Source: Macrostomum lignano (taxonomy: Eukaryota). From it: a DNA stretch of 64,000 bases. The translations under genes and the position numbers were made by a program. Below, piece by piece: positions 9,100-20,642 of the stretch (position 1 is its first letter; each line of letters starts with the position of its first letter). A model generated the notes under the pieces. That model was not told the origin of the DNA, made no database searches, and saw nothing but the letters and a program-made list of their open reading frames with translations. Location: assembly GCA_002269645.1 (NCBI GenBank), contig NIVC01002902.1, positions 1 through 64,000 on the forward strand, in the 5' to 3' direction.

Positions 9100-10859
9100 G
9101 AGCTGCCAGCGGGAGGCCGAGAGGCTTCGAGCCGCCGCTGCGTGGAAGAAATCCAGGCCCGCTTTGCTGACTTGTCTGTGAGTAACCAATACCTCTCAAC
9201 AGCATCAGCCGGTGTTTCGCCATCCTTGTTCTTCAAGCTGAACATTTCGGCTCCGATTTGGTCAAAAATGAACTGAAGAGAGTCGACTGGCTGATGCTCA
9301 GCGGCCAAATGGACGGCCGTGTCACCGTCTTTGTCAGGAACTGTGAGACAGTCGCTGCCGAGCTCCTTCACCAGCCACTTCAGCATTGAATTGTCAGACT
9401 TCTCAGCAGCAAAGTGAAATGCTGTTCTATCCAACAATCCCTTCAGCCGAAAGCAGTCAGTTCCGATCTGTCTCTTGATCCACTCCAGCGACTCGATGCC
9501 CTGATGCTTAGCGGCCAAATGGACGGCCGTGTCACCGCCGTTGTCAGGAACTGTGAGACAGTCGCTGCCGAGCTCCTTTACCAGCCACTTCAAATTTGAA
9601 CTGTCAGACTTCTTAGCAGCAATGTGAAATGCTGTTCAATCCCTCCATCCCTTCAGCCGAAAGCAGTCAGTTCCGATCTGTCTCTTGATCCACTCCAACG
9701 ACTCGATGCCCTGATGCTGAGCGGCCCAATGGACGGCCGTGTCACTGAGTTTGTCAGGAACTGTGAGACAGTCGCTGCCGACCTCCATTACCAGCCACTT
9801 CAGATTTGAATTGTCAGACTTCTTAGCAGCAATGTGAAATGCTGTTCTATCCTTCCACCCTCCCTTCAGCCGAAAGCAGTCAGTTCCGATCTGTCTCTTG
9901 ATCCACTCCAGCGACTCGATGCCCTGATGCTGAGCGGCCAAATGGACGGCCGTGTCACCGAGACTGTCAGGAACTGTGAGACAGTCGCTGCCGAGCTCCT
10001 TCACCAGCCACTTCAGATTTGAATTGTCAGACTTATGAGCAGCAAAGTGAAATGCTGTTCTATCCCTAAATCCCTTCAGCCGAAAGCAGTCAGTTCCGAT
10101 CTGTCTCTTGATCCACTTCAGCGACTCGATGCCCTGATGCTGAGCGGCAAAATGGACGGCCGTGTCACTGAGTTTGTCAGGAACTGTGAGACAGTCGCTG
10201 CCGAGCTCCTTCACCAGCCACTTCAGATTTGAATTGTCAGACTTCTCAGCAGCAAAGTGAAATGCTGTTCTTTCCAACAATCCTCCCTTCAGCCGAAAGC
10301 AGTCAGTTCCGATCTGTCTCTTGATCCACTCCAGCGACTCGATGCCCTGATGCTGAGCGGCAAAATGGACGGCCGTGCCACCGAGTTTGTCAGGAACTGT
10401 GAGACAGTCGCTGCCGAGCTCCTTCACCAGCCACTTCAGACAAGAGTTGCTTTTTCTGTTCACTGCGGCAAAGTGAGCGACTGTCTTTCCATACTTATTG
10501 GACATTCCCAAGCAGCTCCTGCCTCCCTTCTCTTTAATCAGCTCCATCCAAGACTCGTCCTGATGCTTGGCAGCCAAGTGCACTGGAGTCTCACCATCAT
10601 CCCTATAATTTCCAATTGTCAGACAGTCGGGTCCGAATCTGTCAATCAGCAGCTCCAGGCACGACGAACTCACCGGCTTGCAGGTCACGTGATGGGCCAG
10701 CGGCATTTTGCGAAGCTCTTCAAGGGGAAAGTCTTGCTTGTCGAACCCGCCCACCTCCAGCTCAATGTTGCTGCCGACCTCACCGCACAGTCGCTGCAGC
10801 TCCTCGCTGTCTCCAGCCTCCAGCGCCGCTCTCAGCTTCTGCTCTATCTGTGTTGCCAT
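9100..10859 (-). pseudogene. Ankyrin-repeat gene with tandem two-repeat units, one in-frame stop, 3'-truncated by the viral terminus
   Basis: ORFs 9636-10859 and 8925-9593 are in the same frame, separated by TGA at 9638-9636 where other units have AGA (Arg). TAxHxAA repeats lie in near-identical 207-210 nt units. Homology to the paralog at 25.6 kb stops at about 9098. Confidence 0.85.
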
Positions 10860-11378
10860 GGCTACACAGCTTCTCCTAACAGCGCTTCTCTACCGATCTG
10901 CTGTCTGCCGCAGCTGTTCCACACGGCTTCAAACTGAGTGCTTTGCTCTTCTTCAAGCGAATTTGCCTGTCAGCTCAGCAGCAGCAGCAAAAGTGCCGCT
11001 GTCACGGACTGAAATCTCTGAGCTCTCCCTGTGCAGAGAAATTTGTTTAAATGGAGTGAGGCCGATTCTCTTCTCTGACCCAGCGGCTGTGTTTGAGGCC
11101 TGATTGGGTGCCAGGGGGCCCGGCAGCTGCTCTGCTCAGCGGGGTGAGAGATGCAGGAGCAGTGAGATGCTGCGAGCTCTGCTGAGTTAAACAATGAGAG
11201 CTGACTGTGGCTGCGTGCTCGGCATAGCAAGTGAATTGCCAGTGGGCAGAGGTGAAGGGGCGGCAGCTGAGACACGAGGGGAGAGAGATGGAGAGGGGAG
11301 GGAGGGCAGGGCTGAGGCCTGGAAACCAAGCGGAGATCTCTGACGATTTTCAATTTGGTTTGCAATTTTATGGCAAAA

Positions 11379-11945
11379 GTGAAACTCCTCCTCCGGAGGA
11401 GAAAGGGGAAGAACTCCCATCACCGGAATTATATTCTCTGAAATCCATTGGCCGAAATTCCATGACTTGAATTCCATCTTCCAAATAATTTCCAAATCCT
11501 CTGTAAAGCCTCTCAAATACCATATCTTCTTTCTGATCTCATTTCTCATATCTCCTATACGCTCTCCCTCTCCTTTTTTATCTCCCATCTTTCTTCCCTC
11601 TTTTCTACCATCGCCTGTTTCCACTTATCTTGTTTCTCTCCTCTCCATTCTCTCTTCTCTTCTCTCCTTTTTCTTCTCATCTCCCCCTCTTTTCTAATCT
11701 CTAATCTCTTTCCTTAGTTTCTCACTCATCTCATTTCTTATCGCATCTCTTATATCTGCCCTCTCTACTCTCATCTCTACTGTCTCATCTCTCATCTCTG
11801 CGCCCTGTGCTCTCATTTTTAGCATCTTTTTCTCTTCTCTACTCTTTCATCTCTCTCGTCTCTGATCTTTCCTCTCTCTCACTTCTCTTGGTTCTCTCTC
11901 CTTTATTTTTTCTCCTCTCGCTTATAACTCCTCTCCCTCTTCTGC
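11379..11945 (-). mobile_element. Dispersed repeat (possible non-autonomous Helitron-like), hairpin end plus CT-rich tract
   Basis: GTG(A/G)AACTCCTCCT(C/T)CGGAGGAGAAAGGGGAAGAACTCCCATCACCGGAATT occurs at 11379 and 42125, each followed by a CT-rich tract. The CTCCTCC/GGAGGAG hairpin is near the end. Confidence 0.5.
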
Positions 11946-12852
11946 ACAACTAATGGAAGCCATTATTCTCAATGCTGTTTTTGACTAAACGCTTTAGAAA
12001 ATTTTATGGTTTTCAAATTATATCAGAAGGTGGACTCAATATATAGATAGCCAGTCGATGCATACAATGCAACTAAATTTGAGCTTTGAGGCAAAATTTG
12101 TGATTGGGTGCGCCATATTTCATCTGAGTCAAATTGAACCTAAGATTTTAACCCACAGGATTTATCTTTTGTTAACTGCAATCGAGCGAAGCGAAAAGAT
12201 TGTCCTTCATTCGCACATTTAGAATTTAAAAGGCCACATCTTCTTGTAATTCCACTCGTACTTGCATGGAATCCCATTTTATAGCAACAGGGGTTTAGTT
12301 TAGATTCCGACACATTTTGGTGTGATGTATCTATAGATTACTGAATATGACAAAAATCAAACCAAAATACGAGTAGTTTGTTACTTGCTTGCCACTGCAA
12401 AACATTTCGCACATTTGGAAAAGTTTGGAGAATGTGTGAAGAAATCGCACAGTGGGGAAGCCTTGTCTTCTTTTGCTCACTGCGATAGGTTGGCAAAATG
12501 AGCAAGGCAAGTTTTTATCTTTTGTAAAGAGACAAACACAGTAAGAATTGACTCAGCTCTGTGGGAGGTTAACCAAAATTCGGCTGCAAATGTGCCATAC
12601 TAGCGTGTGTCCCAAGGCAACGAAAAACTTGACTGCTAAAATTTTATAACCCTTTTAGATTAAACTGACAGACTAAGTTTCGCAACAAAAAACTTTGTCA
12701 ACTTTCACATCGCAAGTACTCTCTCCCCACTATAGAGACGTGCAAGGCTGGACAAAAACATTATTTATTTAACCAGGGACTTCTAGAAATAGCATATGAT
12801 ACTATTTTAGGAGTCTCTGATTTAACAATCTAATAGGCCCTACGCTAGAAAC

Positions 12853-13446
12853 TTGAATCCACGCTCAAGTTCAAATCAACCTAATGAGAGCCTCACAGCT
12901 TGCATGGAGAACGGGAACCTGGTCTTTAAGAAGCAGCCACCCAGCTTGGGGAAAATCTCTGTCGGCCAGTGGATTGCAGGGAACTCTAAGATTTTGCTTC
13001 GACTAGTTGATGATGGGTCGCTGATTCACGTTAATGAGGATGGATCTGTCAATGTTGACGAACTAAAAGGCTATCTGGAGTACTCACAGAAGATCGGCGA
13101 GCTCTTAGACGCTAACTACAGCCCAAGTGTCGTGTGGGAATTCGATGAGGATTACAGAAAGTTGATCGCAGACTCGGATTCGCATCGATGGGGCTGCGAG
13201 CCTCCACAGCTGTACCACCGACACCTTAACGCACCAAGAAACTTAAAAGTCACCCTAAGCAGACCAGCATCCAACCAGTCGCAAGCTCCCATCTGCCTAA
13301 GCTACAACTCCCCTGCCGGCTGCCAGCGGTCCTCCTGTAGGTACCGTCACGTCTGCAAGCTGCGCGACTGCGGCCGGCCGCACCCCGCACACCAGCACCG
13401 TCCGGCCAGCGTCGGCGGCGACGCTGTGGAGGGAGCAAAAAACTAG
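12853..13446 (+). CDS. Ngaro ORF1 (gag-like) with Cys/His zinc-binding motif
   Basis: CLSYNSPAGCQRSSCRYRHVCKLRDCGRPHPAHQH, located upstream of RT. Confidence 0.75.
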   Translation: MNPRSSSNQPNESLTACMENGNLVFKKQPPSLGKISVGQWIAGNSKILLRLVDDGSLIHVNEDGSVNVDELKGYLEYSQKIGELLDANYSPSVVWEFDEDYRKLIADSDSHRWGCEPPQLYHRHLNAPRNLKVTLSRPASNQSQAPICLSYNSPAGCQRSSCRYRHVCKLRDCGRPHPAHQHRPASVGGDAVEGAKN

Positions 13447-13499
13447 ATCTTTTTTATAGCCGCCCTGCTTTTAACCCCCGTTCGCCGTCACCTTTTATC

Positions 13500-14840
13500 T
13501 TGCCTCCATCTGCTAATTGCCCTGCTCGCACCCTGCTCTCTCCACCGCGCCGCGCTCTGTCGTCCGACATGAACCTTGCCGCCTGGGAGCCGCTGCTTCT
13601 GGGTGACCAAGACGAAGATTTTCTTCGCAGCGGCCTTAGCTACGGCTTTCGGCTCATCAATAGATCGCCGCCTTTTCTTGCCCGCTCCGCCAACTACCGT
13701 TCGGCCTTGGACCAAGCCAAGCAGGTTGGTGAACAGCTCGCCGAGGAGCTCCGTCTCGGCCGCTTGCAGCTCGCCAATGGCCCTGTCATGGTGAACGCCA
13801 TCGGGGCGATTCCAAAGTCTGACGGCAGTGTCCGGGTCATTCATGACCTTTCTAGACCTTCGGGGTCCTCCGTCAACGACAGCTATGAGCAGGAAAAGGG
13901 GCTGCGCTTCGCCTCTGTCCAAGACCTGACCCGCTATCTTCGCCCAAACTCGTTTATCGGCAAAATCGACCTCAAGCAGGCCTATCGTTCCGTCGGTATT
14001 CACCCTGACGACCAGGTGCTCACGGGCCTCAGCTGGCGGTTCTCTGCCGACAGCGATGACTCGGTGCTCGTTGACACTCGGTTGCCCTTTGGTGCTCGAG
14101 CGTCATGTGAGATTTTCCATCGCTTATCGGCCTGCATCAAGCGCCACATGTTCAGCATTGGCTTCACAGCTACCGTCAACTACTTGGACGACTGGGCAGT
14201 CGCCGGTGATACTGAAGAAGCGGCTCAGGAGGCCTTCAATTATCTGGTTGATCTGCTGCAGAACTTAGGCTTCGACATCAACTGGCAGAAGACCGTGGCT
14301 CCAGCTCAACACGTTGTGTTTCTCGGCGTGCTGGTTGACACTGTGAACGGCACCCTGTCACTTCCAAGCAACAAGAAAGACGACATTCGGAAACTGCTGA
14401 ACGATTGCCTGTCACGTGACGTTGTTAAACTGAAGCAGCTCGAAAAACTGGCCGGTAAGTTGTGCTGGCTCAGCCAGATCAACAGGCTGTTGCGTCCTTT
14501 CCTGCGCCCGCTCTTCGACATCCTCAGCTGCAGAATGGACACCCGGCTGCCATCTGAGCTTCGCAACCTCTTCCTCTGGTGGCTGCGCGTCGTGAGTTCT
14601 CTGCCGCCGACGGTCATTCGCCCCGTTTTCGTCAACTTGTGGCCATCGAATCTGATAGCAGTTGCGAGGGTGCTGCTGGCATCGTCTTTGGCAGCGAATT
14701 CAGTGACTGGACGTACTTCAGCTGGGAGAAGGACTTTGAGAGCAAGTTCCGCGACCTTCACATCAACCACAAAGAGGCGCTGGCTCCGCTGCTTACCATC
14801 CTGCGCTTCCGCGAGCAGCTTAGGAACAGCCGCGTGGTGA
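13500..14840 (+). CDS. Reverse transcriptase (DIRS/Ngaro type)
   Basis: VRVIHDLS, KIDLKQAYRSV, LPFGARAS, YLDD, FLGVLVDT. Confidence 0.93.
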   Translation: MPPSANCPARTLLSPPRRALSSDMNLAAWEPLLLGDQDEDFLRSGLSYGFRLINRSPPFLARSANYRSALDQAKQVGEQLAEELRLGRLQLANGPVMVNAIGAIPKSDGSVRVIHDLSRPSGSSVNDSYEQEKGLRFASVQDLTRYLRPNSFIGKIDLKQAYRSVGIHPDDQVLTGLSWRFSADSDDSVLVDTRLPFGARASCEIFHRLSACIKRHMFSIGFTATVNYLDDWAVAGDTEEAAQEAFNYLVDLLQNLGFDINWQKTVAPAQHVVFLGVLVDTVNGTLSLPSNKKDDIRKLLNDCLSRDVVKLKQLEKLAGKLCWLSQINRLLRPFLRPLFDILSCRMDTRLPSELRNLFLWWLRVVSSLPPTVIRPVFVNLWPSNLIAVARVLLASSLAANSVTGRTSAGRRTLRASSATFTSTTKRRWLRCLPSCASASSLGTAAW

Positions 14841-15202
14841 TTTACTCGGACAGCACTGCTGCCGTCGGCATGGTCAATAAGCTGTCCTGTCGGCATCCTC
14901 TGCTCATTCGCATCTATCAGACCGTTGCTCTCGTGTGCCTCACGTCGGGAATTCAGCTCCAGGCGTTCCACCTTCCTGGTCAGATGCAGCTGCTGAGCGA
15001 CTCCGCTTCTAGAATGGGGGGCTCGAGCAGAGAGCTCATTAATTTTTGCTGCCGTCTTTACGGCTCTTTATGCATTTGTCCTTTCGAATTTGCTTCCCAC
15101 ACCATTTCTGCCGTGTCTCGCACCGCTCTTCATTCGCAGGTCGCAGCCGCGCTCCGCTCCGCTCCACCGTGTCTGTGTCCGCTCTGTGCCGCCTGTCACT
15201 AG
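14579..15202 (+). CDS. RNase H domain of the same pol (offset by -1)
   Basis: IESDSS, HINHKEALA, VIYSDSTAAV, LSDSASR. Confidence 0.85.
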   Translation: MAARREFSAADGHSPRFRQLVAIESDSSCEGAAGIVFGSEFSDWTYFSWEKDFESKFRDLHINHKEALAPLLTILRFREQLRNSRVVIYSDSTAAVGMVNKLSCRHPLLIRIYQTVALVCLTSGIQLQAFHLPGQMQLLSDSASRMGGSSRELINFCCRLYGSLCICPFEFASHTISAVSRTALHSQVAAALRSAPPCLCPLCAACH

Positions 15203-16133
15203 CGCCTAGTTCCAGGAAGTCCTATGCGAGCCGCTTACAAGTCTGGAACGAATTCTGCCGGCAGCGTCGAGTTCCCGCGACCGCCGCCTCCGAGTCTGAT
15301 GTCTGCCAATTTGTCTCGTTCCTGTTACAACGTGGACCGGCGTCCTACTCCAGTGTGCAGTCAAGCCTCAGCGCGGTGTCTTACCTACATAGGGCTTCCG
15401 CGTCACCAGACCCGACCAAGGGCAGCGCTCGCCTGGCTCTCGTGTGTCGCGGGCTCGGCGTCTTCTGAGCCGGCAGCCTCGGCGTGCGACGCCGCTGAAG
15501 CCCAGCCACCTCCGCCTGCTTTGCAGCTCCACCGAGCTACGTCATTCGCTGCCGCCCCGTCTGCTGGCCGCCTTCAAGGCAGCATTGCTGGTGGCCTGGT
15601 GGGGAGTCCTTAGGCTCGGCGAGCTCTTACCATCCACCGCTGCGGACGCTCTTCCCCGGAGCTGCCTATCAGCGTGCCCCGGTGGTCTGCGGCTGGTGCT
15701 CAACAGGTCAAAGACAAACCAATTCAAGGAGCGGCAACTGGAATTATTTCTGCCGCAGGCCTCTGAATGCCTGCTTATCTGTCCCGCTTCCGCACTAGCA
15801 ACTCATCTGCGCGAGAATCAAATCTACGGACCGCAGCAGCCCCTGTTTTCTGTCCTAGGCAGCCGCGGCCGGACTCTCTTGTCTGCCGCTATGTTCATCC
15901 GGCTCCTAAAGCGGGGCATGTCTATGTGCGGCTTTGGCGAGTGCGGCTTCTCGGGTCACAGTCTGCGTAGAGGCGGGGCCACCGCTGCCTTTCAGTCAGG
16001 CCTCTCAATCGCCGACATCCGTTGCATGGGCGACTGGCGTTCAGACTGCGTCTTTCGGTATTTCTCTGATGAGGCGTCATTTGCCCGCCGTCGGGCAGCA
16101 GCTCGGCAGGTCGCTGCCTGCCTGGCCTCTTGA
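15046..16133 (+). CDS. Tyrosine recombinase (N-terminal part 15046-15468 and catalytic part 15444-16133, offset by -1)
   Basis: Catalytic set is complete: LRLGEL (R), RSKTNQ (K), GHSLRRG (HxxR), GDW (W), FRY (Y). Confidence 0.9.
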
Positions 16134-16263
16134 CTGCTTACTCGCTCGTTTTATTGACCCTTTGGCGTTTTACCTTGGCGTTCGTGGCTTCGCTTACTTT
16201 TGCTGCCTCCTTGCTTTTATCTTCCTGTTCTCCCCCTTTTTTCTCCTCCTTTTTTTCGGGGTT

Positions 16264-16721
16264 GGGGTCGCTTTCCCCACCTCTCGCGCTGCTTCGGGCC
16301 ATAAGCCTTTGCCTGCCTGCTGTTCGTCTCTTTCGCTGTTGGGGTGTGATTGGTTAATGCCTCCATTTCTCTTAGGCTCTTTTGTGAGCCTGGAGTGAAA
16401 TGGGTGTTAGCCATCCACCCCTCGCGCTGTACATTGTGCCGCCTTTGTGCTCCGTCCTCTCTACCCCCCCGTGGGGTGGGGGGGGGGTTTGCTCACCCGC
16501 TTATTTATTTGCACGCCGCCCTCTGTGCCCCGTCGCTCGCTTTGGCTTTGCAGCTCAAATTTTTTTTAAGCACATTCTTTTTCTTTTAATCTCGTTTGCT
16601 TGCAAAATAAACTTATCGTTACTACGGGGTCTCTTTCCCCACCTCTCGCGCTGCTTCGGGCCATAAGCCTTTGCCTGCCTGCTGTTCGTCTCTTTCGCTG
16701 TTGGGGTGTGATTGGTTAATG
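16264..16721 (+). repeat. 96-bp split direct repeats (B1 16264-16359, B2 16626-16721)
   Basis: GGGGTC(G/T)CTTTCCCCACCTCTCGCGCTGC...GATTGGTTAATG is duplicated; AATAAA lies between the copies. Confidence 0.9.
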
Positions 16722-16899
16722 GCCGCTCAGTCCATCTGCTTATTCTAGCAGTTATATTTAGCATAAATAGTCTGGCTTGACTCAGCATTTTGACTGAAAC
16801 ACACATATTTTGTTTTGCAACAATGGACATTTCCACAGACGTTAAAAGAGAACAGAAATTTTACCATTAAACATGCTTCGATCGATTTGACTGGCTGAC

Positions 16900-17087
16900 A
16901 AGGCTCGGGCAACGGCTCCCAAGGCTCGGGCAACGGCGCCCAAGGCTCGGGCAACGGCTTCCAAGGCTGGGGTAACGGCGCCCAAGGCTCGGGCAACGGC
17001 GCCCAAGACTCTGGCAACGGCGCCCAAGACTCTGGCAACGGCGCCCAATACTCTGGCAACGGCGCCCAAGGCTCGGTCAACGGCGCC
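16900..17087. repeat. 21-bp minisatellite (GGCAACGGCGCCCAAGGCTCG)
   Basis: About 9 direct copies. Confidence 0.9.
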
Positions 17088-17460
17088 AGCATCGTGTCAG
17101 CCTCGCGAGGCCGGTTATCCCCGAAAGCTAAAAATGGCGCAAGTCAAGAAGGCAAGAAGGCAAGAGGTGAGAAGAGCTACGAGTGCCCATACGGTCAAAA
17201 TAATCTCTGTATTGTGCGAAACTCAAGATTCGCGCAACACGTGAAAGTCACCGCCGAGTCTACGAAAATAAGATGGCGCAATTCAACAACTCCAAAGCCG
17301 TTGCAAAGCACGTGCGCTGGGTTATAAAATACTCCGGCCAGAAGTCAAAGCAGCGGCCACAAGCAGGTAAGCCAATCTGTTTATAAGCATCATACGCATT
17401 AAATTTAGTGTGTCCATCAAGATCAACATCAAATTTCCCTCTAATTCCTTTTCGATTCCT

Positions 17461-18040
17461 ATCCCCAATATCCTGCAGTTCTCATCCCCAATACTCGTAT
17501 CCTGCAGTTCTCATCCCCAATATCCTGCAGTTCTCATCCCCAATATCCTGCAGTTCTCATCCCCAATATCCTGCAGTTCTCATCCCCAATATCCTGCAGT
17601 TCTCATCCCTAATATCCTGCAGTTCTCATCCCCATTCTCCTGCAGTTCTCATCTCCAATATCCTGCAGTTCTCATCCCCAATATCCTGCAGTTCTCATCC
17701 CCAATATCCTGCAGTTCTCATCCCAATATCCTGCAGTTCTCATCCCTAATATCCTGCAGTTCTCATCCCAATATCCTGCAGTTCTCATCTCCAATATCCT
17801 GCAGTTCTCATCCCCAATATCCTGCAGTTCTCATCCCAATATCCTGCAGTTCTCATCCCAATATCCTGCAGTTCTCATCCCCAATATCCTGCAGTTCTCA
17901 TCCCAATATCCTGCAGTTCTCATCCCCAATATCCTGCAGTTCTCATCCTCAATATCCTGCAGTTCTCATCCCCAATATCCTGCAGTTCTCATCCCAATAT
18001 CCTGCAGTTCTCATCCCCAATATCCTGCAGTTCTCATCCA
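17461..18040. repeat. 21-22-bp minisatellite (CCCAATATCCTGCAGTTCTCAT)
   Basis: Tandem copies read directly from the sequence. Confidence 0.92.
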
Positions 18041-18149
18041 CATTCTCATGCAACTTTGATCTCTGTCTCTCTGAGAGCTTACCATCGGCATCTTTTTACT
18101 GTCAGCATATTTGTTTTAATTTAGCAGTGGGATTAGCGAAAAAGTGCGC

Positions 18150-18808
18150 GTCAGCAGCGCTCAAGATGTGCCAGCCAGCACCATCCGCTCAAGATGTGGC
18201 AGTCAGCACCGCTCAAGATGTGGCAGCCAGCACCGCTCAAGATGTGCCAGCCAGCACCGCTCAAGATGTGCCAGCCAGCACCATCCGCTCAAGATGTGCC
18301 AGCCAGCACCGCTCAAGATGTGGCAGCCAGCACCGCTCAAGATGTGGCAGTCAGCACCGCTCAAGATGTGCCAGCCAGCACCATCCGCTCAAGATGTGGC
18401 AGCCAGCACCATCCGCTCAAGATGTGGCAGCCAGCACCGCTCAAGATGTGGCAGCCAGCACCGCTCAAGATGTGGCAGTCAGCACCGCTCAAGATGTGCC
18501 AGCCAGCACCATCCGCTCAAGATGTGGCAGTCAGCACCGCTCAAGATGTGGCAGTCAGCACCGCTCAAGATGTGCCAGCCAGCACCATCCGCTCAAGATG
18601 TGGCAGCCAGCACCGCTCAAGATGTGGCAGTCAGCACCGCTCAAGATGTGCCAGCCAGCACCGCTCAAGATGTGCCAGCCAGCACCGCTCAAGATGTGCC
18701 AGCCAGCACCATCCGCTCAAGATGTGGCAGTCAGCACCGCTCAAGATGTGCCAGCCAGCACCGCTCAAGATGTGGCAGCCAGCACCGCTCAAGATGTGGC
18801 AGCCAGCA
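18150..18808. repeat. 24/27-bp minisatellite (AGCACCGCTCAAGATGTGGCAGCC)
   Basis: Tandem copies; translates as STAQDVAA-type repeats. Confidence 0.9.
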
Positions 18809-18976
18809 GCTCCATAAACGCTAGTGGAAATGTTTGCCCATTTTGTCAACTAATTATCCCGGGCACTGCCGACAACTTTTGAAAGCATAAGGCACGTCAA
18901 CACGCCGACAAACGCAAAGTGCAACCTGCTGACGTGAGCGATGTGCAGAATCTTATTGAACGAGCGCAAAAGGTAG

Positions 18977-19818
18977 TGTCATGAATGTGTTATGACAGTG
19001 TGCTCTTTGCTTAGTTGCTGCACCGGGCCAGTGGGCCGTCCTCTCCCCCTCCCCCCTCCTTAGATATTTTCTGACTCACCCACCTGCACTTCTGCGCGTG
19101 CGTACCCCTCCCCTCCCTGCCTAGACCTTTTCTGTTGAGTCAACCCCCCCCCCCCCATGCTCTGCGTGCGACCCCCCCCCCTGTGCGACCCGCCCCATTA
19201 TTTTGTTAGCTTTGCTGCCCCGCCCCTGTTTGTGATTGGCTGCCAGTCCCAGTCTGCCGTGCTGCGCCCCGGCGATTGGCTGGTACAGCTCATGCGTTGC
19301 CTTGGCTGATGTCTAAGCCCCCTTTTCTGCCTTTATCCCGCGCCCTCGACCCCCAGTTTGCTGCCTATTTATTCGGCCCCCCTTGAGACCCCATTCTCGT
19401 CGTCTTCGTGGCTCCTCGGCGATTGTGCCAGCGTTGGTTGCTGAATTGCTATTCCTCGCAGAATTGCTAGACAAATATATAAGTAAAGAATATCGAGATC
19501 ACCACTGCTCTGACGGCGCTGTTTCTTGTACGACTGAAATCGCGGCTGGTAAGCCTTCCAATTTGCACGTCATTTGGGTCTGCATCTGTACTAGGCACCT
19601 TAGAGGGATTAACTGCGTCGTACGCCGGTCCCACCCCAAGCAGCTCTGCGTCGTACGCGAGTCTGTAGGCTGTCGAGCGTCGTACGCTCGAGCAGCCTAG
19701 TCCCGACGGACACCGCGTCGTACGCGTGTCAGTGGAGGACCGCAGCCAGGGTCAGTACACGAACCCGGGTCTGGGAAAGGGGCACGAAAGGACCGAGCCC
19801 TTGAGCCCCATCATCACA
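18977..19818. mobile_element. Solo LTR (842 bp) with 4-bp target-site duplication
   Basis: Starts TGTCATGA, ends TCATCACA; GTAG on both flanks (18973-76 and 19819-22); four internal GCGTCGTACGC motifs. Confidence 0.8.
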
Positions 19819-20642
19819 GTAGGATAATTTTTGCACAGGTTTTTATATCTTTGCGCATTTATTTTTGCTGTCCGCTCACGAAATTTCACTCACTCACCCA
19901 AAATTCTTAGAAACATGATAAAATTAACCTGAATAATCCAGAATTTACTGTGTATTACAAAAGGCCTATTATAAAGTTCCTGACTTCTCGTAAGTGTAGG
20001 TCCATCCATATGAATTATGACTGATGGGTGAAACCAAAGTCAATTCTCTTGAGGAAGTCATTCATGAATCAAAGAGAGAGTTGGTAAGCAAAACATTAAA
20101 CTAATTTAATTGTTTTCTTAATTGTAAATAACTTGAATGAAGCAATTTTGTCGTCACATGCTGACAAGCTAAGAAGAGAAAAGATTAGAACAGAGATGTG
20201 TAAAAAGAGTTCTTGAAATCGGGTATTATATAAACGTAAAACTCATCTACTTAAAGTAAATTTACTTATTGTACATTATGGTCATACCCCAAACACTCCA
20301 ACAGATTGCTCAACAGCTGACTGTCAAGGTGTTTGGGGTGCTGAAAGAGACAGTAAGCAGCCTCCAAAGGGTGGCCGTTTTTCTTATGGCCAACAATTTG
20401 AGCCAGATAACAGCCATTGGCCTCCTTGGACTGCTACCGAGTCTGCTACTCAAATTGGACGAAGTATGATTGCAAGCGGAACACATTGTACAAGGCTAGT
20501 TTGAATGTAAGGCTAAGTTGACTTCTTACCCCAGACTTGTTACTCAGTACCTTCTTACTTCCTATATATCACACTTAGTGCATCACTCCAAAAGTTCACT
20601 TGCAAATCTTCTATACACTAATTCCGTAACAGCTATACCAAT

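Larger units (their letters stand above)
12853..16721 (+). mobile_element. Ngaro/DIRS-type tyrosine-recombinase retrotransposon
   Basis: Gag-like ORF, RT, RNase H and YR in overlapping frames, followed by a split 96-bp direct repeat at the 3' end. The 5' repeat was not found. Confidence 0.92.

Noticed and set aside
13488-14971. Antisense ORFs over RT and over the ankyrin and cGLR genes (e.g. 10257-10937, 29481-29906, 35689-36098)
   Set aside because: Shadow ORFs of GC-rich coding sequence on the opposite strand.
17408-18882. Long ORFs over minisatellites (also 23223-24592, 24858-25503, 38687-39097, 39268-40936, 42215-43242, 48408-49161, 55017-55610)
   Set aside because: These are translations of stop-free simple repeats, open in several frames, with no protein-family signal.
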